Source: Dehalococcoidia bacterium
GTDB taxonomy: Bacteria; Chloroflexota; Dehalococcoidia; Lucifugimonadales; UBA3495
Direction of reading: 5' to 3'
NCBI GenBank assembly: GCA_965116565.1
Contig: OZ220699.1
Coordinates: 2,442,858 to 2,506,857 of the forward strand
Length of the DNA: 64,000 nucleotides
Position 1 is the stretch's first letter, and the number at the start of each line of letters is the position of its first letter. Shown here piece by piece: positions 46,376 through 56,734 of this stretch. The notes beneath the pieces were generated by a model. The model did no database searches and was not told the DNA's origin. It was given only the letters and a program-made list of their open reading frames with translations. The translations under genes and the position numbers were made by a program.

Positions 46376-47257
46376 TCAGGGCTGGTCAAATCCCAGCTCT
46401 CTTTCTTTCAGGCTCACAAAACGCCCACCCTGTCCTATCACCAAATGGTCCAATAGTTCAATGTCCAGCAGTTTTCCCGCGTTCAACAGATCTCTGGTCA
46501 CGGCCACGTCCTCCGCACTCGGCATGGGGTCGCCGGACGGGTGATTGTGCGCCACGATGATCGACGGAGCATTTTCCCGGACGGCTGGCCTCAGCACCTC
46601 CGCCGGCCGGACCGCGCTGCTGTTCACCGTGCCTATGTAAATCTGCCGTTTCCCCACGACTTGGTTGCGCGTATTCAATAGCAGAACCACCAGGTGCTCC
46701 TGTGGCAAGATCGACATCTCGGCCACCAGGAGGTTGGCCGCATCCTGCGGGCACGTGATCTGCGTTCTCTCCTCCGGAGCCAATGACGCGACACGCCGGC
46801 CCAATTCCAACGCCGCCAGTATTTCGCACGTTTTGGCGTGGCTCAATCCACGTTGCCCGAACAGTTCCCCGTATCCGGCCCGAGCCAGCCCTGCCAACCC
46901 CTCAAATTCCGCCAGAATCCGCGTCGCTACGTTGATCGCGTTCTCGCCGGCGATCCCAGAACGCAGCAGGATGGCAACCAGTTCCGCGTTGTTCAGATAT
47001 CGAGGCCCATGTTCCCGCAGCCGCTCCCGCGGACGCTCTCCCGAGGGCAAATCCCGAATCGTGGGCTGGTACGTGATTCTCTTCCCGTTTGCAGTGTCAG
47101 GACAGTGTGATCGGTCATCACCGGAGCGAGTCTCCGGCTGCTCGATTGTGGCGGGCTGAACCTGGAGTTCTACGGCATCGCCACACAGGATCCGCTCCAA
47201 CTCAGCTCTGAACGCTTCGACCGTTTCTGATTGCTCCGGGGGACTGGTTGTGACCAT
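46376..47257 (-). CDS. radC: RadC-family JAB-domain protein with N-terminal extension
   Basis: IRDLPSGERPRERL...NAELVAILLRSG...VAHNHPSGDPMPSAEDVAVT. ATG 47257 with GGAG 6 nt upstream. Confidence 0.85.
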   Translation of the reverse strand: MVTTSPPEQSETVEAFRAELERILCGDAVELQVQPATIEQPETRSGDDRSHCPDTANGKRITYQPTIRDLPSGERPRERLREHGPRYLNNAELVAILLRSGIAGENAINVATRILAEFEGLAGLARAGYGELFGQRGLSHAKTCEILAALELGRRVASLAPEERTQITCPQDAANLLVAEMSILPQEHLVVLLLNTRNQVVGKRQIYIGTVNSSAVRPAEVLRPAVRENAPSIIVAHNHPSGDPMPSAEDVAVTRDLLNAGKLLDIELLDHLVIGQGGRFVSLKERELGFDQP

Positions 47258-47365
47258 TTCGCACTCCAACTAAATTGAGTCGGCGCACAGTGTAAAACGG
47301 CCCCCGAAATCCGTGCGATGGTCAATTGTCACCAATTTTCGCGTCCGTGGAACGTCCAATTAACA

Positions 47366-48472
47366 TCAGTCTGCCGGAAGGAATTCGGCAACTTCAAGAT
47401 CGTCCATCGCAGCCAGGGTGCGGTTCAGTATCGTATCTGCCAGTCGCCGGCCTCTGGCGTTGTTGAAATCCAGCTGGGCGCCGGCAATCACCGGCACGCG
47501 GAAGCAGGTGAGCATGTTCTCGCGGTACGCTCGCCAGCAATCTGCGAGCGTGAAGTGCTCGCCCGTCTCGCTGGCAATAATTTTATGGTAGCTCTCGATT
47601 GCTAGGGTTTCGATCTCGCGTCGAATATCGGTTGACACGCAGGACGAAAGAAAATAGGCGATGTCGTACAGGCCGTTGCCCACGGTGGTCAGCTGCCAAT
47701 CGACCAGCGCGACCTCCGGGTATTCGCCATCGTCGAAGAACATATTGTCCAACCTGAAATCGCCGTGAATCAGTGTCTGAGGCCATGCGGCTACGACGGC
47801 AGAATGTTCCACGAGATGCCCACCATACGATTCCGCGAGTCGACGCATGGGGCCTGTGAACTGCTCGCTGAAGAGATCGAAAACCCGGGGCAGACTGGCT
47901 TGGTACACGCCTTGAACCATGGCGTGCCTTTCCGGGGTGGGTGGTGAATGAATTTCGGACACCCGGAGTTGGTCAACTCGACCCCAAAACTTCGCATGTA
48001 AACCGGCGGCGGCCTCAACCGCCAGGAGCGCTCGGTCCGGCGTAGCGCCTTCCACCTGATCTACGGTTACCATGTGGCCCAGGTCTTCCAGCAGCAGGAC
48101 GAAGTCGTGGGTGCTGGGGTCTAAGTCTCCGTACAGCAGCGTCGGCGACCGGAGCGGTACCGATCCGGCAAGCGTCCGATAGAATTCGAACTCGCGCTCG
48201 TAAAGATGCAATTGCAGGGCGGTTCGGCGGGTGTTCTCGTCTGTGCTGGGAAGCTTGACTACGATGGTTTCAGGAGCCGGATTCCGCGCAGAAATATAGG
48301 CAATGTGGCAACGCAGAATCCTCCCGACCATGCCGACCCCTGCGCCGATTTCCTCGAACGAAACGGACCTGATTGCCGGGATATTCGAACCGCCTCCCGC
48401 GACCAAAGCCTGTTGTAGCCAGTCTATGGTCACGGCGTCTTCATTTTCCGGGATGTGCAGCCTCTGTACCAA
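47366..48472 (-). CDS. Phosphotransferase-family (APH/ecdysteroid-kinase-like) protein
   Basis: Brenner-type LIHGDFRLDNMFF and VALVDWQ motifs. About 370 aa. Confidence 0.7.
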   Translation of the reverse strand: MVQRLHIPENEDAVTIDWLQQALVAGGGSNIPAIRSVSFEEIGAGVGMVGRILRCHIAYISARNPAPETIVVKLPSTDENTRRTALQLHLYEREFEFYRTLAGSVPLRSPTLLYGDLDPSTHDFVLLLEDLGHMVTVDQVEGATPDRALLAVEAAAGLHAKFWGRVDQLRVSEIHSPPTPERHAMVQGVYQASLPRVFDLFSEQFTGPMRRLAESYGGHLVEHSAVVAAWPQTLIHGDFRLDNMFFDDGEYPEVALVDWQLTTVGNGLYDIAYFLSSCVSTDIRREIETLAIESYHKIIASETGEHFTLADCWRAYRENMLTCFRVPVIAGAQLDFNNARGRRLADTILNRTLAAMDDLEVAEFLPAD

Positions 48473-48582
48473 TTTCGTGTGTCGCCTCGTTGGTCATGTA
48501 TTTGGATGGTCAATCAGCGATAAAGGGGCGAACCTGGATTCGCCCCACATCATTTGCCGTTATCTTCTTCTGCCTATTGGCG

Positions 48583-50229
48583 CTAGTCGAACCGGAATTT
48601 GGAGAAAGTCCCCTCCTCCTTGGTGATGAACTCTAGCAGCGCGGGGCGCCCGTCGGCATTCGCCTGCATCGCCCTCTGCATCGCCGGCTTGATTTCGTCC
48701 GGCGTGTGAATCTGCTCCGCATAGGCGCCCAACGCCAACGCGACCTGGTAGAAATCCCCGCTCAGGTCCTTGATCCCGTATCGCTCAACTGCCGTAGGAA
48801 TGCGGCTATCGGGGTAAATGGCCATCGTCGAGTTGTTCATCACCACGGTGGTGATCGGAATATTGGCGCGCACTGCCGTTTCCACGTCCAGACCCACCAT
48901 GCCAAACGCCGCGTCGCCCATGAAGTTGATCACCATCTTCTCGGGCACGGCCATCTTGGCTCCCATCGCCAAACCGAGGCTGTAACCCAACTGCGTGGAT
49001 TTTCCCCATCCGATAAAGCTCCGGGGAGCCCGAGCTTCCCAGAACGGCGACACCTGCTCCCGCGGGCTCCCCGACTCATGGGTAACGATCGTGTTGTCCA
49101 GGTCAACGGTGTGCATTATGTCCCATACCACGCGGTACGGGTTCAACGGCACCTCGTCGCTGGTCAGCCTCGGGAGCCATTCGGCCATCCACGCCTCCCG
49201 GATCGCCGCGATCTCATCGGCCAATTCCTGGTTCGTTGCTCGCTGTTGCGCCCCTTGCGCTTTCAACTCGTCGATGAACTGGCGGAGCGCCAACTTGGCG
49301 TCGCCGAGCACGGGATATTCCGTTCGATAGTCTTTGTTGATGTCGCTGTCGCCATTGGTCAGGTGGATCAGCGTTTTCCCTGGAGGAATCGGCACGGTGA
49401 AACTGCTCTTGGTGAAACTCACCCCAACGCCAAACACCACGTCCGCATTGGTCAGGAACCGGTGCACAGGCCCCGTTTGGCTTGACCCTCCCACGCCTAA
49501 CGACAGCGGATGATTCTCAGGGAACGCGCTTTTGCCTTCCAACGTCGTCAACACCGGAATCTGCAGGAACTCAGCCAATTCCTGCAACTCCTCCGTGGCC
49601 TCCGCGTAAAGCACGCCTTGCCCCGCCATGATCACCGGCCTCTGGGCCGACATGAAACCTCGCGCCGCCCGGGTAACCGCCGCCGGGTCCGCGGCGACCC
49701 TCATGTGTACCGGCGGCACGTAGTCGAAATCTTCCTCGCTGATCTGGTCTGCCGACAGGTCCGATGGGATCTCCAGCAGCACCGGGCCGGGCTTGCCCGA
49801 CCGTAGCTTGGTGAACGCTTGTCGCATCAGTTCCGGCACCCGGTCGGCGAAGTTCACGTGAGCGGCCCATTTGGTAATCGATTCGTAGGCCCGAACCGGA
49901 TGAAAGTTGGGTTCGACGCCGATGCGATTGCGCGCCACTCCCGCCGGCAGTACCAGGATGGGCACAGAGTCCGCGTACGCCTGAGCAACGCCGCCAAACG
50001 CATTCTCTGCGCCGGGCCCGTTCTGCGCCAGGAATATCCCGGTCTTCTTGCCGTTGGTGATTCTGGAAAACCCGTCCGCCATGTGCACGCCGGTACGCTC
50101 CTGCCGGCATACCACCGGTCGGATACCTGCGATGGCGGCCGCCTCGATCAGCGGGTTGGATGGCATGACGGCAATCCAGTCCACACCTTCCATTTTCAGT
50201 ACGTTCGCTACAGCGGTAACTCCATCCAC
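48583..50229 (-). CDS. Thiamine-pyrophosphate-dependent enzyme (acetolactate-synthase-like superfamily)
   Basis: N-terminal PYR domain (…RQERTGVHMADGFSR…GPGAENAFGG…) and the C-terminal TPP motif FMGDAAFGM...NN. Confidence 0.8.
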   Translation of the reverse strand: MDGVTAVANVLKMEGVDWIAVMPSNPLIEAAAIAGIRPVVCRQERTGVHMADGFSRITNGKKTGIFLAQNGPGAENAFGGVAQAYADSVPILVLPAGVARNRIGVEPNFHPVRAYESITKWAAHVNFADRVPELMRQAFTKLRSGKPGPVLLEIPSDLSADQISEEDFDYVPPVHMRVAADPAAVTRAARGFMSAQRPVIMAGQGVLYAEATEELQELAEFLQIPVLTTLEGKSAFPENHPLSLGVGGSSQTGPVHRFLTNADVVFGVGVSFTKSSFTVPIPPGKTLIHLTNGDSDINKDYRTEYPVLGDAKLALRQFIDELKAQGAQQRATNQELADEIAAIREAWMAEWLPRLTSDEVPLNPYRVVWDIMHTVDLDNTIVTHESGSPREQVSPFWEARAPRSFIGWGKSTQLGYSLGLAMGAKMAVPEKMVINFMGDAAFGMVGLDVETAVRANIPITTVVMNNSTMAIYPDSRIPTAVERYGIKDLSGDFYQVALALGAYAEQIHTPDEIKPAMQRAMQANADGRPALLEFITKEEGTFSKFRFD

Positions 50230-50320
50230 GGTTTGGTTCCTCCAAGCTTGTTTGGGGTAACGGCGTGCGCCCCCGATAGTTTCGAGCGCGAATCTACACC
50301 GTTATGTAACGTCCGGCCGG

Positions 50321-51034
50321 TTAGGCGATCTCCGACAGGAAAGCGTCCAGCTCTCTGTTGAATTCATCGGGCTTTTCGACCATCGGGAAGTGGCCGGCCT
50401 CTTTCATCTTGATGAGTTTTGACCCCGGTACGGCGCGATGAATCTCCTCTTCATAGTTGCCCGTGGCCAATGGGTCATCGACGCCTTGGATCAACAGCAA
50501 CGGCGCCTTCAAACTGTGGATCCGGTCGCGCACGTCGAACCGGTCGATCACCACCAGGTCCGAATGCTGTGCCGACGGCCCGACCTCTCGGTGTCTTTGC
50601 AACAACCTGGCACGCAAGTCGGGTTCGATGAAGTGCATGACGCCGTCCATCATCGCCAGCCATTTCTCGTACGTTTCTGCGTTTTCAGCAGCCTCAAGTC
50701 GAAACTGCAAGTCGCCGGCTCTCCGCTGCTTTGGCCGCATGGCGATGGTCATCAACGCCAATCCCTTGATTTCCTCAGGGTAATCGAGCGCGTATTGCAG
50801 GGCGATGCACGCGCCGAGCGTAAACCCGCTGAGCACGAGATCTTGGTCGTGCCCCTTGGCGTGAAGCCACCCTCTTAGCCAGTCTGTGTACCTCTCTACG
50901 CTGCTGCAGGGTGCCCCGTCCAAGTGTCCGGGCAGGTGTGGGGCCAGGCTCCCTTGATAATGCCGCAACTGGTGCGCGTAAGAATCGGCGCAACCGCCCG
51001 CGCCCGGGCCGTGAATAAAAACCAGTTGCGTCAT
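50321..51034 (-). CDS. Alpha/beta-fold hydrolase
   Basis: LVFIHGPGAGG..., nucleophile elbow LSGFTLGA, C-terminal AGHFPMVE. ATG 51034 is preferred over the track start. Confidence 0.75.
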   Translation of the reverse strand: MTQLVFIHGPGAGGCADSYAHQLRHYQGSLAPHLPGHLDGAPCSSVERYTDWLRGWLHAKGHDQDLVLSGFTLGACIALQYALDYPEEIKGLALMTIAMRPKQRRAGDLQFRLEAAENAETYEKWLAMMDGVMHFIEPDLRARLLQRHREVGPSAQHSDLVVIDRFDVRDRIHSLKAPLLLIQGVDDPLATGNYEEEIHRAVPGSKLIKMKEAGHFPMVEKPDEFNRELDAFLSEIA

Positions 51035-51142
51035 CGAGTCCTCGTTGGTGCCTTCTCGTCGGTGCGTCCTCGTCAACTTATGAGGCTGCGGGCATTCTAT
51101 GGGCGGCGTCGAATCGGGTCAAGGCGGAACCAGCCCCGCGTT

Positions 51143-51565
51143 TCAACCTCCGTCCCAACCCGTAGCCCGTTCCGCGGTGATCTTGATCATCGGATTATCG
51201 TCCAGGTCCATCCGCTGGTATTGAGGATACTTGGACCGCAATCGCGCCAGCGCCGCAACGTGTTCGGGGCTGGACTCCAACAACTCAGCGGTTCCCTGCA
51301 CCAGCAGAAACCACAGCTTTGACCAGTCCTCTTCATAGTGGTCGATCACCAGCGAAACCCGCGGGTTATCCAGGATATTGCGGACTCGCCGCAAGCGGCG
51401 CAACTCGGAACTCTTCGGCTTCGCGTCCAGTATCGAATAGATGCTGCTGCCGTCGCACACAAAACAAAACGGGACAACATAGGGCCGCCCCTCCGCATCT
51501 GCAGTAGCCAGGTGACCAACCGGGATTAGGTTTAGCAGCTCAATTTGTGCTTCGCTCAGTGCCAT
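51143..51565 (-). CDS. PPOX-class (pyridoxamine-5'-phosphate-oxidase-like) probable F420/FMN-binding protein
   Basis: GHLATADAEGRPYVVPFCF...RNILDNPRVSLVIDHYEEDWSKLWFLLVQGTAELL. Confidence 0.6.
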   Translation of the reverse strand: MALSEAQIELLNLIPVGHLATADAEGRPYVVPFCFVCDGSSIYSILDAKPKSSELRRLRRVRNILDNPRVSLVIDHYEEDWSKLWFLLVQGTAELLESSPEHVAALARLRSKYPQYQRMDLDDNPMIKITAERATGWDGG

Positions 51566-51580
51566 CAATTCCGCCCGCGT

Positions 51581-53203
51581 TCAGTACCACAGCTTTCGCA
51601 GACCTTCCATCAAAGGAGGAATCCGCGGCACCAGGTCGCTGGCCACCACGCCGGACGTGCCCATCTCCGCCCTGGCCTCTTCCCCCGCGGTGCCGTGCAG
51701 AAATCCACCTAACCGGGCCGCCGAATACGTCGGCAACCCCTGGGCAAGAAGTCCCCCGATCAATCCCGTCAATACATCGCCCGTTCCCCCGGCCGCCAGA
51801 GCCGGGTTCGCAAAAGGCAATATGCTCAGGCGAGAATCCGGCGCAGCAACGATACTGTAAGCGCCCTTCAATAGCACCGTCTGCCCTCGCTCGCTCGCGA
51901 ACTCCCCCGCCATGGATAACCTGTTCGACTGGATCTGAGCAGTGGGTTTCCCGGATAGGGTCGACATCTCGCCAGGATGCGGCGTTAATACTGCATCCGC
52001 ACACAGGCGATTGGACCAGTCTTCGCAACGGGATAGGCAGTTCAATCCGTCAGCGTCTATCACGCTCGGCAGATCGCTCCCGTCGCCGCCTCCTAGCAAA
52101 AGTCGGTCGACGAACTCCGTCGTGCCGGCCGACCATCCCAATCCGCAGCCCACGGCCAACGCCGAGTAACCGCCAATCCGCTCTCTGATCAACTCGGCCG
52201 CAGACGCATCGACTCTGCCATCGGAGTCCTCGGGTAAAGGCAGGTGTATGGTTTCGGTGAGCTTGGCTGCCACCATCGGATACACCGATTCAGGTGTAGC
52301 CAGGGTGACCAACCCCGTTCCAACGCGATGGGCCGCTGATGCTGCCAGCGCCGCGGCCCCCACGAAATTCCGGGACCCAGCCACAATCAGCAGATGCCCG
52401 TAGGTACCCTTATGTGAATCTATCGGGCGGCCGGGCAGCAAATCCGCTGCCGTTGAGCGAGACATCCATTCCACCGGAAGGTCCATTCCGTCGGTCGCCT
52501 GCGGATGCAACCCGATTTTCAAAACCGCGATTCGCCCCGCGCGACCGGCGCCCGGCAAGTTCGCGATTCCAAACTTCGGATAACACAGCGCCAGCGTCAC
52601 ATCGGCGTCCAATGCGTCGTCGTCCACCTCACCCGTGTCCGGATGTACCCCCGTTGGTAAGTCGATGCTGACCACGTTGCACGCGGGATTCGTTGATCTG
52701 TGGTGGTTGGTTGCCGCGACCACTGCCCGCACCGTACCCTCGAGAGGTCGGTACCGTCCCGCTCCCAACATCGCGTCGACCACGACCGATGCATTTGCCA
52801 ACAAACCACGCAGACTGTCGAGTCCGGCATCGTCTTCTGCGTCGACGACACTCACGCCATACTCCAGCGCGTTGAGCATTTTTGGATCGTTGGTCGGCCG
52901 GCCCCGGACCACGTAGCAGCAGGCGTCCGCTCCCCATCGCCGCAGGTGTCGCGCAATCACCAACCCGTCGGCGCCGTTGTTGCCTGGTCCGATCAGCAGC
53001 AGCACTCTACGGCCGGCGGACCCACCCATTTGTTTACGGATGAACTCCGCGCAAGCCAGTCCCGCGTTTTCCATCAGGGTATCGGTGCTGATGCCCAGCC
53101 GCTCCGACGCCGCCTCCAGGGCCTGCATCTGGGCAACGGTGACCACTTTTGTCGGGCTCGTCGCCACGACTAAATCCCTCGCACCGCGCCGGAAGGCGGG
53201 CAT
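51581..53203 (-). CDS. nnr: Bifunctional NAD(P)H-hydrate repair enzyme (epimerase/dehydratase)
   Basis: N-terminal YjeF_N (GPGNNGADG) and a C-terminal carbohydrate-kinase-like domain (…GTGDVLTGLIGGLLAQG…). Confidence 0.9.
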   Translation of the reverse strand: MPAFRRGARDLVVATSPTKVVTVAQMQALEAASERLGISTDTLMENAGLACAEFIRKQMGGSAGRRVLLLIGPGNNGADGLVIARHLRRWGADACCYVVRGRPTNDPKMLNALEYGVSVVDAEDDAGLDSLRGLLANASVVVDAMLGAGRYRPLEGTVRAVVAATNHHRSTNPACNVVSIDLPTGVHPDTGEVDDDALDADVTLALCYPKFGIANLPGAGRAGRIAVLKIGLHPQATDGMDLPVEWMSRSTAADLLPGRPIDSHKGTYGHLLIVAGSRNFVGAAALAASAAHRVGTGLVTLATPESVYPMVAAKLTETIHLPLPEDSDGRVDASAAELIRERIGGYSALAVGCGLGWSAGTTEFVDRLLLGGGDGSDLPSVIDADGLNCLSRCEDWSNRLCADAVLTPHPGEMSTLSGKPTAQIQSNRLSMAGEFASERGQTVLLKGAYSIVAAPDSRLSILPFANPALAAGGTGDVLTGLIGGLLAQGLPTYSAARLGGFLHGTAGEEARAEMGTSGVVASDLVPRIPPLMEGLRKLWY

Positions 53204-53210
53204 TCCGACG

Positions 53211-53645
53211 CTAGTCGGTGCTTGGGGCCACCGGTTCGCCCCAAAGGGTGGCCTCGGCGGCCCCGCGCGTTTCGTCGGTATCCGGACGCGATGCCACGGC
53301 TACCACCATGGCGAACCCCCGTGAGTGCGACAGGCTGATTGCAATCTCGGTCACACCCAATCGTTCCGCTCGCCGCCGCGCTCGTCCGTGCAGCCGGGGG
53401 CTCGGAGCCCCGCTGGGAGCCCTGACCACTTCGACGTCCCGCCAACCCACACCGCGGAAACCCGTGCCCAGCGATTTCATAACCGCCTCTTTGGCTGCAA
53501 ATCGGGCCGCGAGATTGGGCGCCCGTCCCCTGCAGTACGCAATCTCGGCCGGCGTGAAAATCCTGCGCAGGAAGCGCTCACCATAGCGTTCCAGCACGCC
53601 GGCCACTCGGTCGATTTCTATGAAGTCCACTCCGGTGGTCAGCAT
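53211..53645 (-). CDS. acpS: Holo-[acyl-carrier-protein] synthase
   Basis: GVDFIEIDRV...FTPAEIAYC...RFAAKEAVMKSLG...ISLSHS. ATG 53645 is preferred over the longer track ORF. Confidence 0.88.
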   Translation of the reverse strand: MLTTGVDFIEIDRVAGVLERYGERFLRRIFTPAEIAYCRGRAPNLAARFAAKEAVMKSLGTGFRGVGWRDVEVVRAPSGAPSPRLHGRARRRAERLGVTEIAISLSHSRGFAMVVAVASRPDTDETRGAAEATLWGEPVAPSTD

Positions 53646-53686
53646 GTCGGTACGCTCGGTTTGGCTACGGGCACCCGGCCAGTAAT

Positions 53687-54565
53687 CTAATCGCCGGTGT
53701 GATCCCCGATGTTCAGGTTGCTCAGGATGTGCGATACCGAATAGCGCCGATTCAGCACATAGAAATGTATGCCCGGCACCCCATGCGCCCAAAGCTCTTC
53801 AGCCTGTTTCGTTGCGTGTTCGATTCCAATTTCGCGGATGGCCCGGTTGTCCTCAGCGTACCGCTCTAACTTGTCGTCGAGGTCCGCCGGTATGGTCGCG
53901 CCGCAGAGGGAGGTAAACCTGCGAATCTGCGGAGTGCTGAGGATCGGGAGCACCCCCGGTATTACCGGCACTGTGATCCCGGCGGCGGCGGCGCGTTCCT
54001 GGAAATCAAAGAAATAGTCGTTGTCATAGAACAGTTGCGTTATGAGGAAATCGGCTCCCAGTTCCTGTTTCAACCGAGCGTATCCGACGTCGTTTTCCAG
54101 GCTATCCGATTCGGTGTGCCCTTCCGGGTAACACGCGCCCGCAATCCCGAAATCGAAGCTATCTCGTATGTGGGTTATCAAATCTGTTGCATGGGCGAAT
54201 TCGTCGGGTCCCGGTCCGGACGATTCATCTCCGGCCGGTCGGTCGCCTCGCAGCGCAATGATGTTCTCTATCCCCGCTGATTGCAATCTCTCCAGAACCT
54301 CGTGCACCTCGGTTCGGGTTTGGGCCACGCAGGTGAGGTGTGCCATCACCTCTGGAGATGTTTCGGCTTTCAGCCGCATCGTGATTTCTTCGGTGAACGC
54401 CCGCGTCCCGCCGCCCGCACCGTAGGTCACCGATACGAAATCAGGATTGAATCGCTGCAGGTCCTTGATTACCTCTATGACGCCTGGAATTCCGTCCGCT
54501 TCCCTCGGTGGGAAGAATTCGAATGATATTGTGCGTCTTTCTTTTAGGATGTCTCTAATCTTCAA
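53687..54565 (-). CDS. metF: Methylenetetrahydrofolate reductase
   Basis: (M)KIRDILKERRTISFEFFPPR...VSVTYGAGG...ALRGD...ITQLFYD. Probable TTG start at 54565. The track ORF's N-terminal extension is Arg-rich and implausible. Confidence 0.85.
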   Translation of the reverse strand: MKIRDILKERRTISFEFFPPREADGIPGVIEVIKDLQRFNPDFVSVTYGAGGGTRAFTEEITMRLKAETSPEVMAHLTCVAQTRTEVHEVLERLQSAGIENIIALRGDRPAGDESSGPGPDEFAHATDLITHIRDSFDFGIAGACYPEGHTESDSLENDVGYARLKQELGADFLITQLFYDNDYFFDFQERAAAAGITVPVIPGVLPILSTPQIRRFTSLCGATIPADLDDKLERYAEDNRAIREIGIEHATKQAEELWAHGVPGIHFYVLNRRYSVSHILSNLNIGDHTGD

Positions 54566-54593
54566 ATCGTTGTCCTGTGTCGTGTCATTCGAT

Positions 54594-55373
54594 CTAAAAT
54601 TCTGGTTGGCGCTTCTCCTTGAACGCCGTGATCCCTTCCCTGGGATGCGGCGACGTCCCAAACAGGCGGGCAAACGTCGCACTCTCCAATGCGACCCCGT
54701 CGCGGAGCGGCACGTCCTGGCTGGCCCGGGCGAGAGATTTCATCAAAGCCAACCCGGTCCGGCTTTTCGTCCGCAATCCCGCCAGTAACGATTCAAGCTC
54801 GTCCTCCATGCAGTCGGACGGCGCCGACCTGATCGCGAGGCCCCAGTCAACCGCCTCAGCGCCTGACAGCCACCGGCCAGTGGTGAGAAGCTCCATCGCC
54901 CTCGGCATTCCCACGCGACGCGGTAACCTCTGCGTCGATCCGCCGCCCGGAATCAGGCCAAAATTCGCGTGCTGGTCCCCGATGCGAGCATCGTTGGCCA
55001 CGATCGCCATGTCGCAGGCCATCATCAACTCCATCCCACCGGCCAGCGCATATCCGTGCACCAATGCCACGGTGGGAACCGGTAACTCCTCCAGGCCGCA
55101 CAGCGCGTCGTTAAGGTCCCTGATGTAACCGGGCAGCAGCGACAATTCGTCCAACGCCCTGTCGAAAAACATTAGGTCAGCACCGGCGCAAAAGCCCCGG
55201 CCTTCGCCTCGGATTACCAGCGCTTTCAGGTTGCTATCCTTGGCTACCTCATCGGTGGCGTGTACGAATTCGCGGAGTAATTCGGGACTCAACGCGTTGA
55301 GAGCGTCGGGACGATTCAATCGAATCGTGGCAACTTGGTCGTCTCTCGAGAGGGTAATGTTGCTATACTGCAT
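54594..55373 (-). CDS. Enoyl-CoA hydratase/isomerase (crotonase) family protein
   Basis: ITLNRPDALNAL...FCAGADL...ALVHGYALAGGMEL. Confidence 0.88.
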   Translation of the reverse strand: MQYSNITLSRDDQVATIRLNRPDALNALSPELLREFVHATDEVAKDSNLKALVIRGEGRGFCAGADLMFFDRALDELSLLPGYIRDLNDALCGLEELPVPTVALVHGYALAGGMELMMACDMAIVANDARIGDQHANFGLIPGGGSTQRLPRRVGMPRAMELLTTGRWLSGAEAVDWGLAIRSAPSDCMEDELESLLAGLRTKSRTGLALMKSLARASQDVPLRDGVALESATFARLFGTSPHPREGITAFKEKRQPEF

Positions 55374-55450
55374 CCGGTTCTCCGATCAGCTTGGGAACGG
55401 CGTCCACCTGCCCCGCGCACTTACTATACCAGACCATCCTCCGACGTTTG

Positions 55451-55756
55451 ATGTCCAATCCGGGCCACGCCATTCTGAAACTCCGGGTGAGTCCCGACGC
55501 CGCCCGGACCGAGGTCGTCGGATGGCATGGCGACGCGCTCAGGGTTCGGGTCGCGGCCTCGCCAGTGAACGGGAAGGCTAACTCCGCGGCTATTGCCGTT
55601 CTTGCGGCGCATCTCGGAATCGGGTCGAGAGAGATCGAAATCGTGCGGGGACACCGTTCCCGTGATAAGTTGGTGCGTGTGTCGGGCATCAATCCGCATG
55701 AGTTGATCGGGCGACTCGGAAGCCCTTACGGATATCCTTGTGTAGACTATGCCTAG
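55451..55756 (+). CDS. DUF167 (YggU-like) protein
   Basis: LKLRVSPDAARTEVVGWHGDALRVRVAASPVNGKANSAAIAVLA...VRG. ATG 55451 is preferred. Confidence 0.75.
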   Translation: MSNPGHAILKLRVSPDAARTEVVGWHGDALRVRVAASPVNGKANSAAIAVLAAHLGIGSREIEIVRGHRSRDKLVRVSGINPHELIGRLGSPYGYPCVDYA

Positions 55757-55797
55757 CCGCCGAAACGCCGTCGGGCCAAAATTTTTCGGAGACGCCA

Positions 55798-56277
55798 ATG
55801 CAAGATAATTTTCGTAACTTCAGTTGGATCCTGCACGGTTCGCTCGCCGGTGCGATGGGACCAACCGAGCGTAGGCATCTGATCTACTTCGAGCGCCTGG
55901 ACATTACCGCTCTGGTTCGTATGGAAGAGAATACCATCTCGTCTGAACCCTGGGGGTTCACTGAATTGTTCGAGCCAGTGCCGGATTTCGAAGCTCCTAC
56001 CGTCGAACAGGTTGACCGGATCGTCAATTTCGTCGAACAACAGATAGAAACTTGGGAACGCCCCACCGTCGTGACCTGTGCCGCCGGAATTGGTCGCACC
56101 GGAACCATTTTGGCGTCCTATCTGGTGAATACCGGCTACGACCCAGACGAGGCCATAGCATTCATTCGACAGCTGCGTCCCGGTTCCATCCAGACCGCCT
56201 CCCAGGAGCAGGTGATTCACGAGTACGCCAAATTCGTCCAGGAACGCAACACCAACCGGCCCCGGCGCTACCGCTAA
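55798..56277 (+). CDS. Dual-specificity/tyrosine protein phosphatase
   Basis: CX5R active site VVTCAAGIGRTGT. About 160 aa. ATG 55798. Confidence 0.8.
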   Translation: MQDNFRNFSWILHGSLAGAMGPTERRHLIYFERLDITALVRMEENTISSEPWGFTELFEPVPDFEAPTVEQVDRIVNFVEQQIETWERPTVVTCAAGIGRTGTILASYLVNTGYDPDEAIAFIRQLRPGSIQTASQEQVIHEYAKFVQERNTNRPRRYR

Positions 56278-56284
56278 AGAGTTG

Positions 56285-56315
56285 CGGGGTTGACTCGTCT
56301 GAACGGTCAACCCCG
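56285..56315. terminator. 10-bp hairpin between convergent genes (terminator-like, no U-tract)
   Basis: CGGGGTTGAC-(11 nt)-GTCAACCCCG. Confidence 0.4.
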
Positions 56316-56340
56316 ACGGACTCTAACCGTTAAGCTGAGA

Positions 56341-56580
56341 TTAGGCGACCTTGCGCTCGTCGACCTGTGGGTTCCCGGTCAATACCCTGGCTGTTTCGTG
56401 ATTGGGGGCAACCAGGGCCGCCGGATCGATCTCCCTGCTGCACTGCAAGCACTGGTGGTAAGCGCCGTACACGTCCCGTATCAGGCGCACGTTGCCCCCG
56501 CAATGAGGACAGGACCCAAGTCCCATCCGCTGGCGAGCGCCCCCGCCAAGCGGCCGATTGCTGACTAAACTTTCCATCAT
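56341..56580 (-). CDS. Small zinc-ribbon protein (79 aa), paralog 1
   Basis: AAGGAG RBS 5 nt before ATGATG. CPHCGGNV...17 aa...CLQCSRE. Paralogous to 56735-56992. Confidence 0.6.
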   Translation of the reverse strand: MMESLVSNRPLGGGARQRMGLGSCPHCGGNVRLIRDVYGAYHQCLQCSREIDPAALVAPNHETARVLTGNPQVDERKVA

Positions 56581-56659
56581 CGTTGCTCCTTATCAGACGG
56601 TGGTTGCCAACATCGCTCGTTATCGTGTCTTTTTCTTTTTTCGTCGTAATGCTTGCTTG

Positions 56660-56703
56660 GGGTTAAAAATTGAAAGCGGCCTCGGAGACAATTCCGAGGC
56701 CGC
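56660..56703 (-). terminator. Rho-independent terminator after zinc-ribbon paralog 2
   Basis: GCGGCCTCGGA-(6 nt)-TCCGAGGCCGC, a perfect 11-bp stem (56676-56703). It is followed in the minus sense by TTTCAATTTTT. Confidence 0.8.
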
Positions 56704-56734
56704 TGCCTGCGGGTTGTCTGTCAGCGTTCGATGG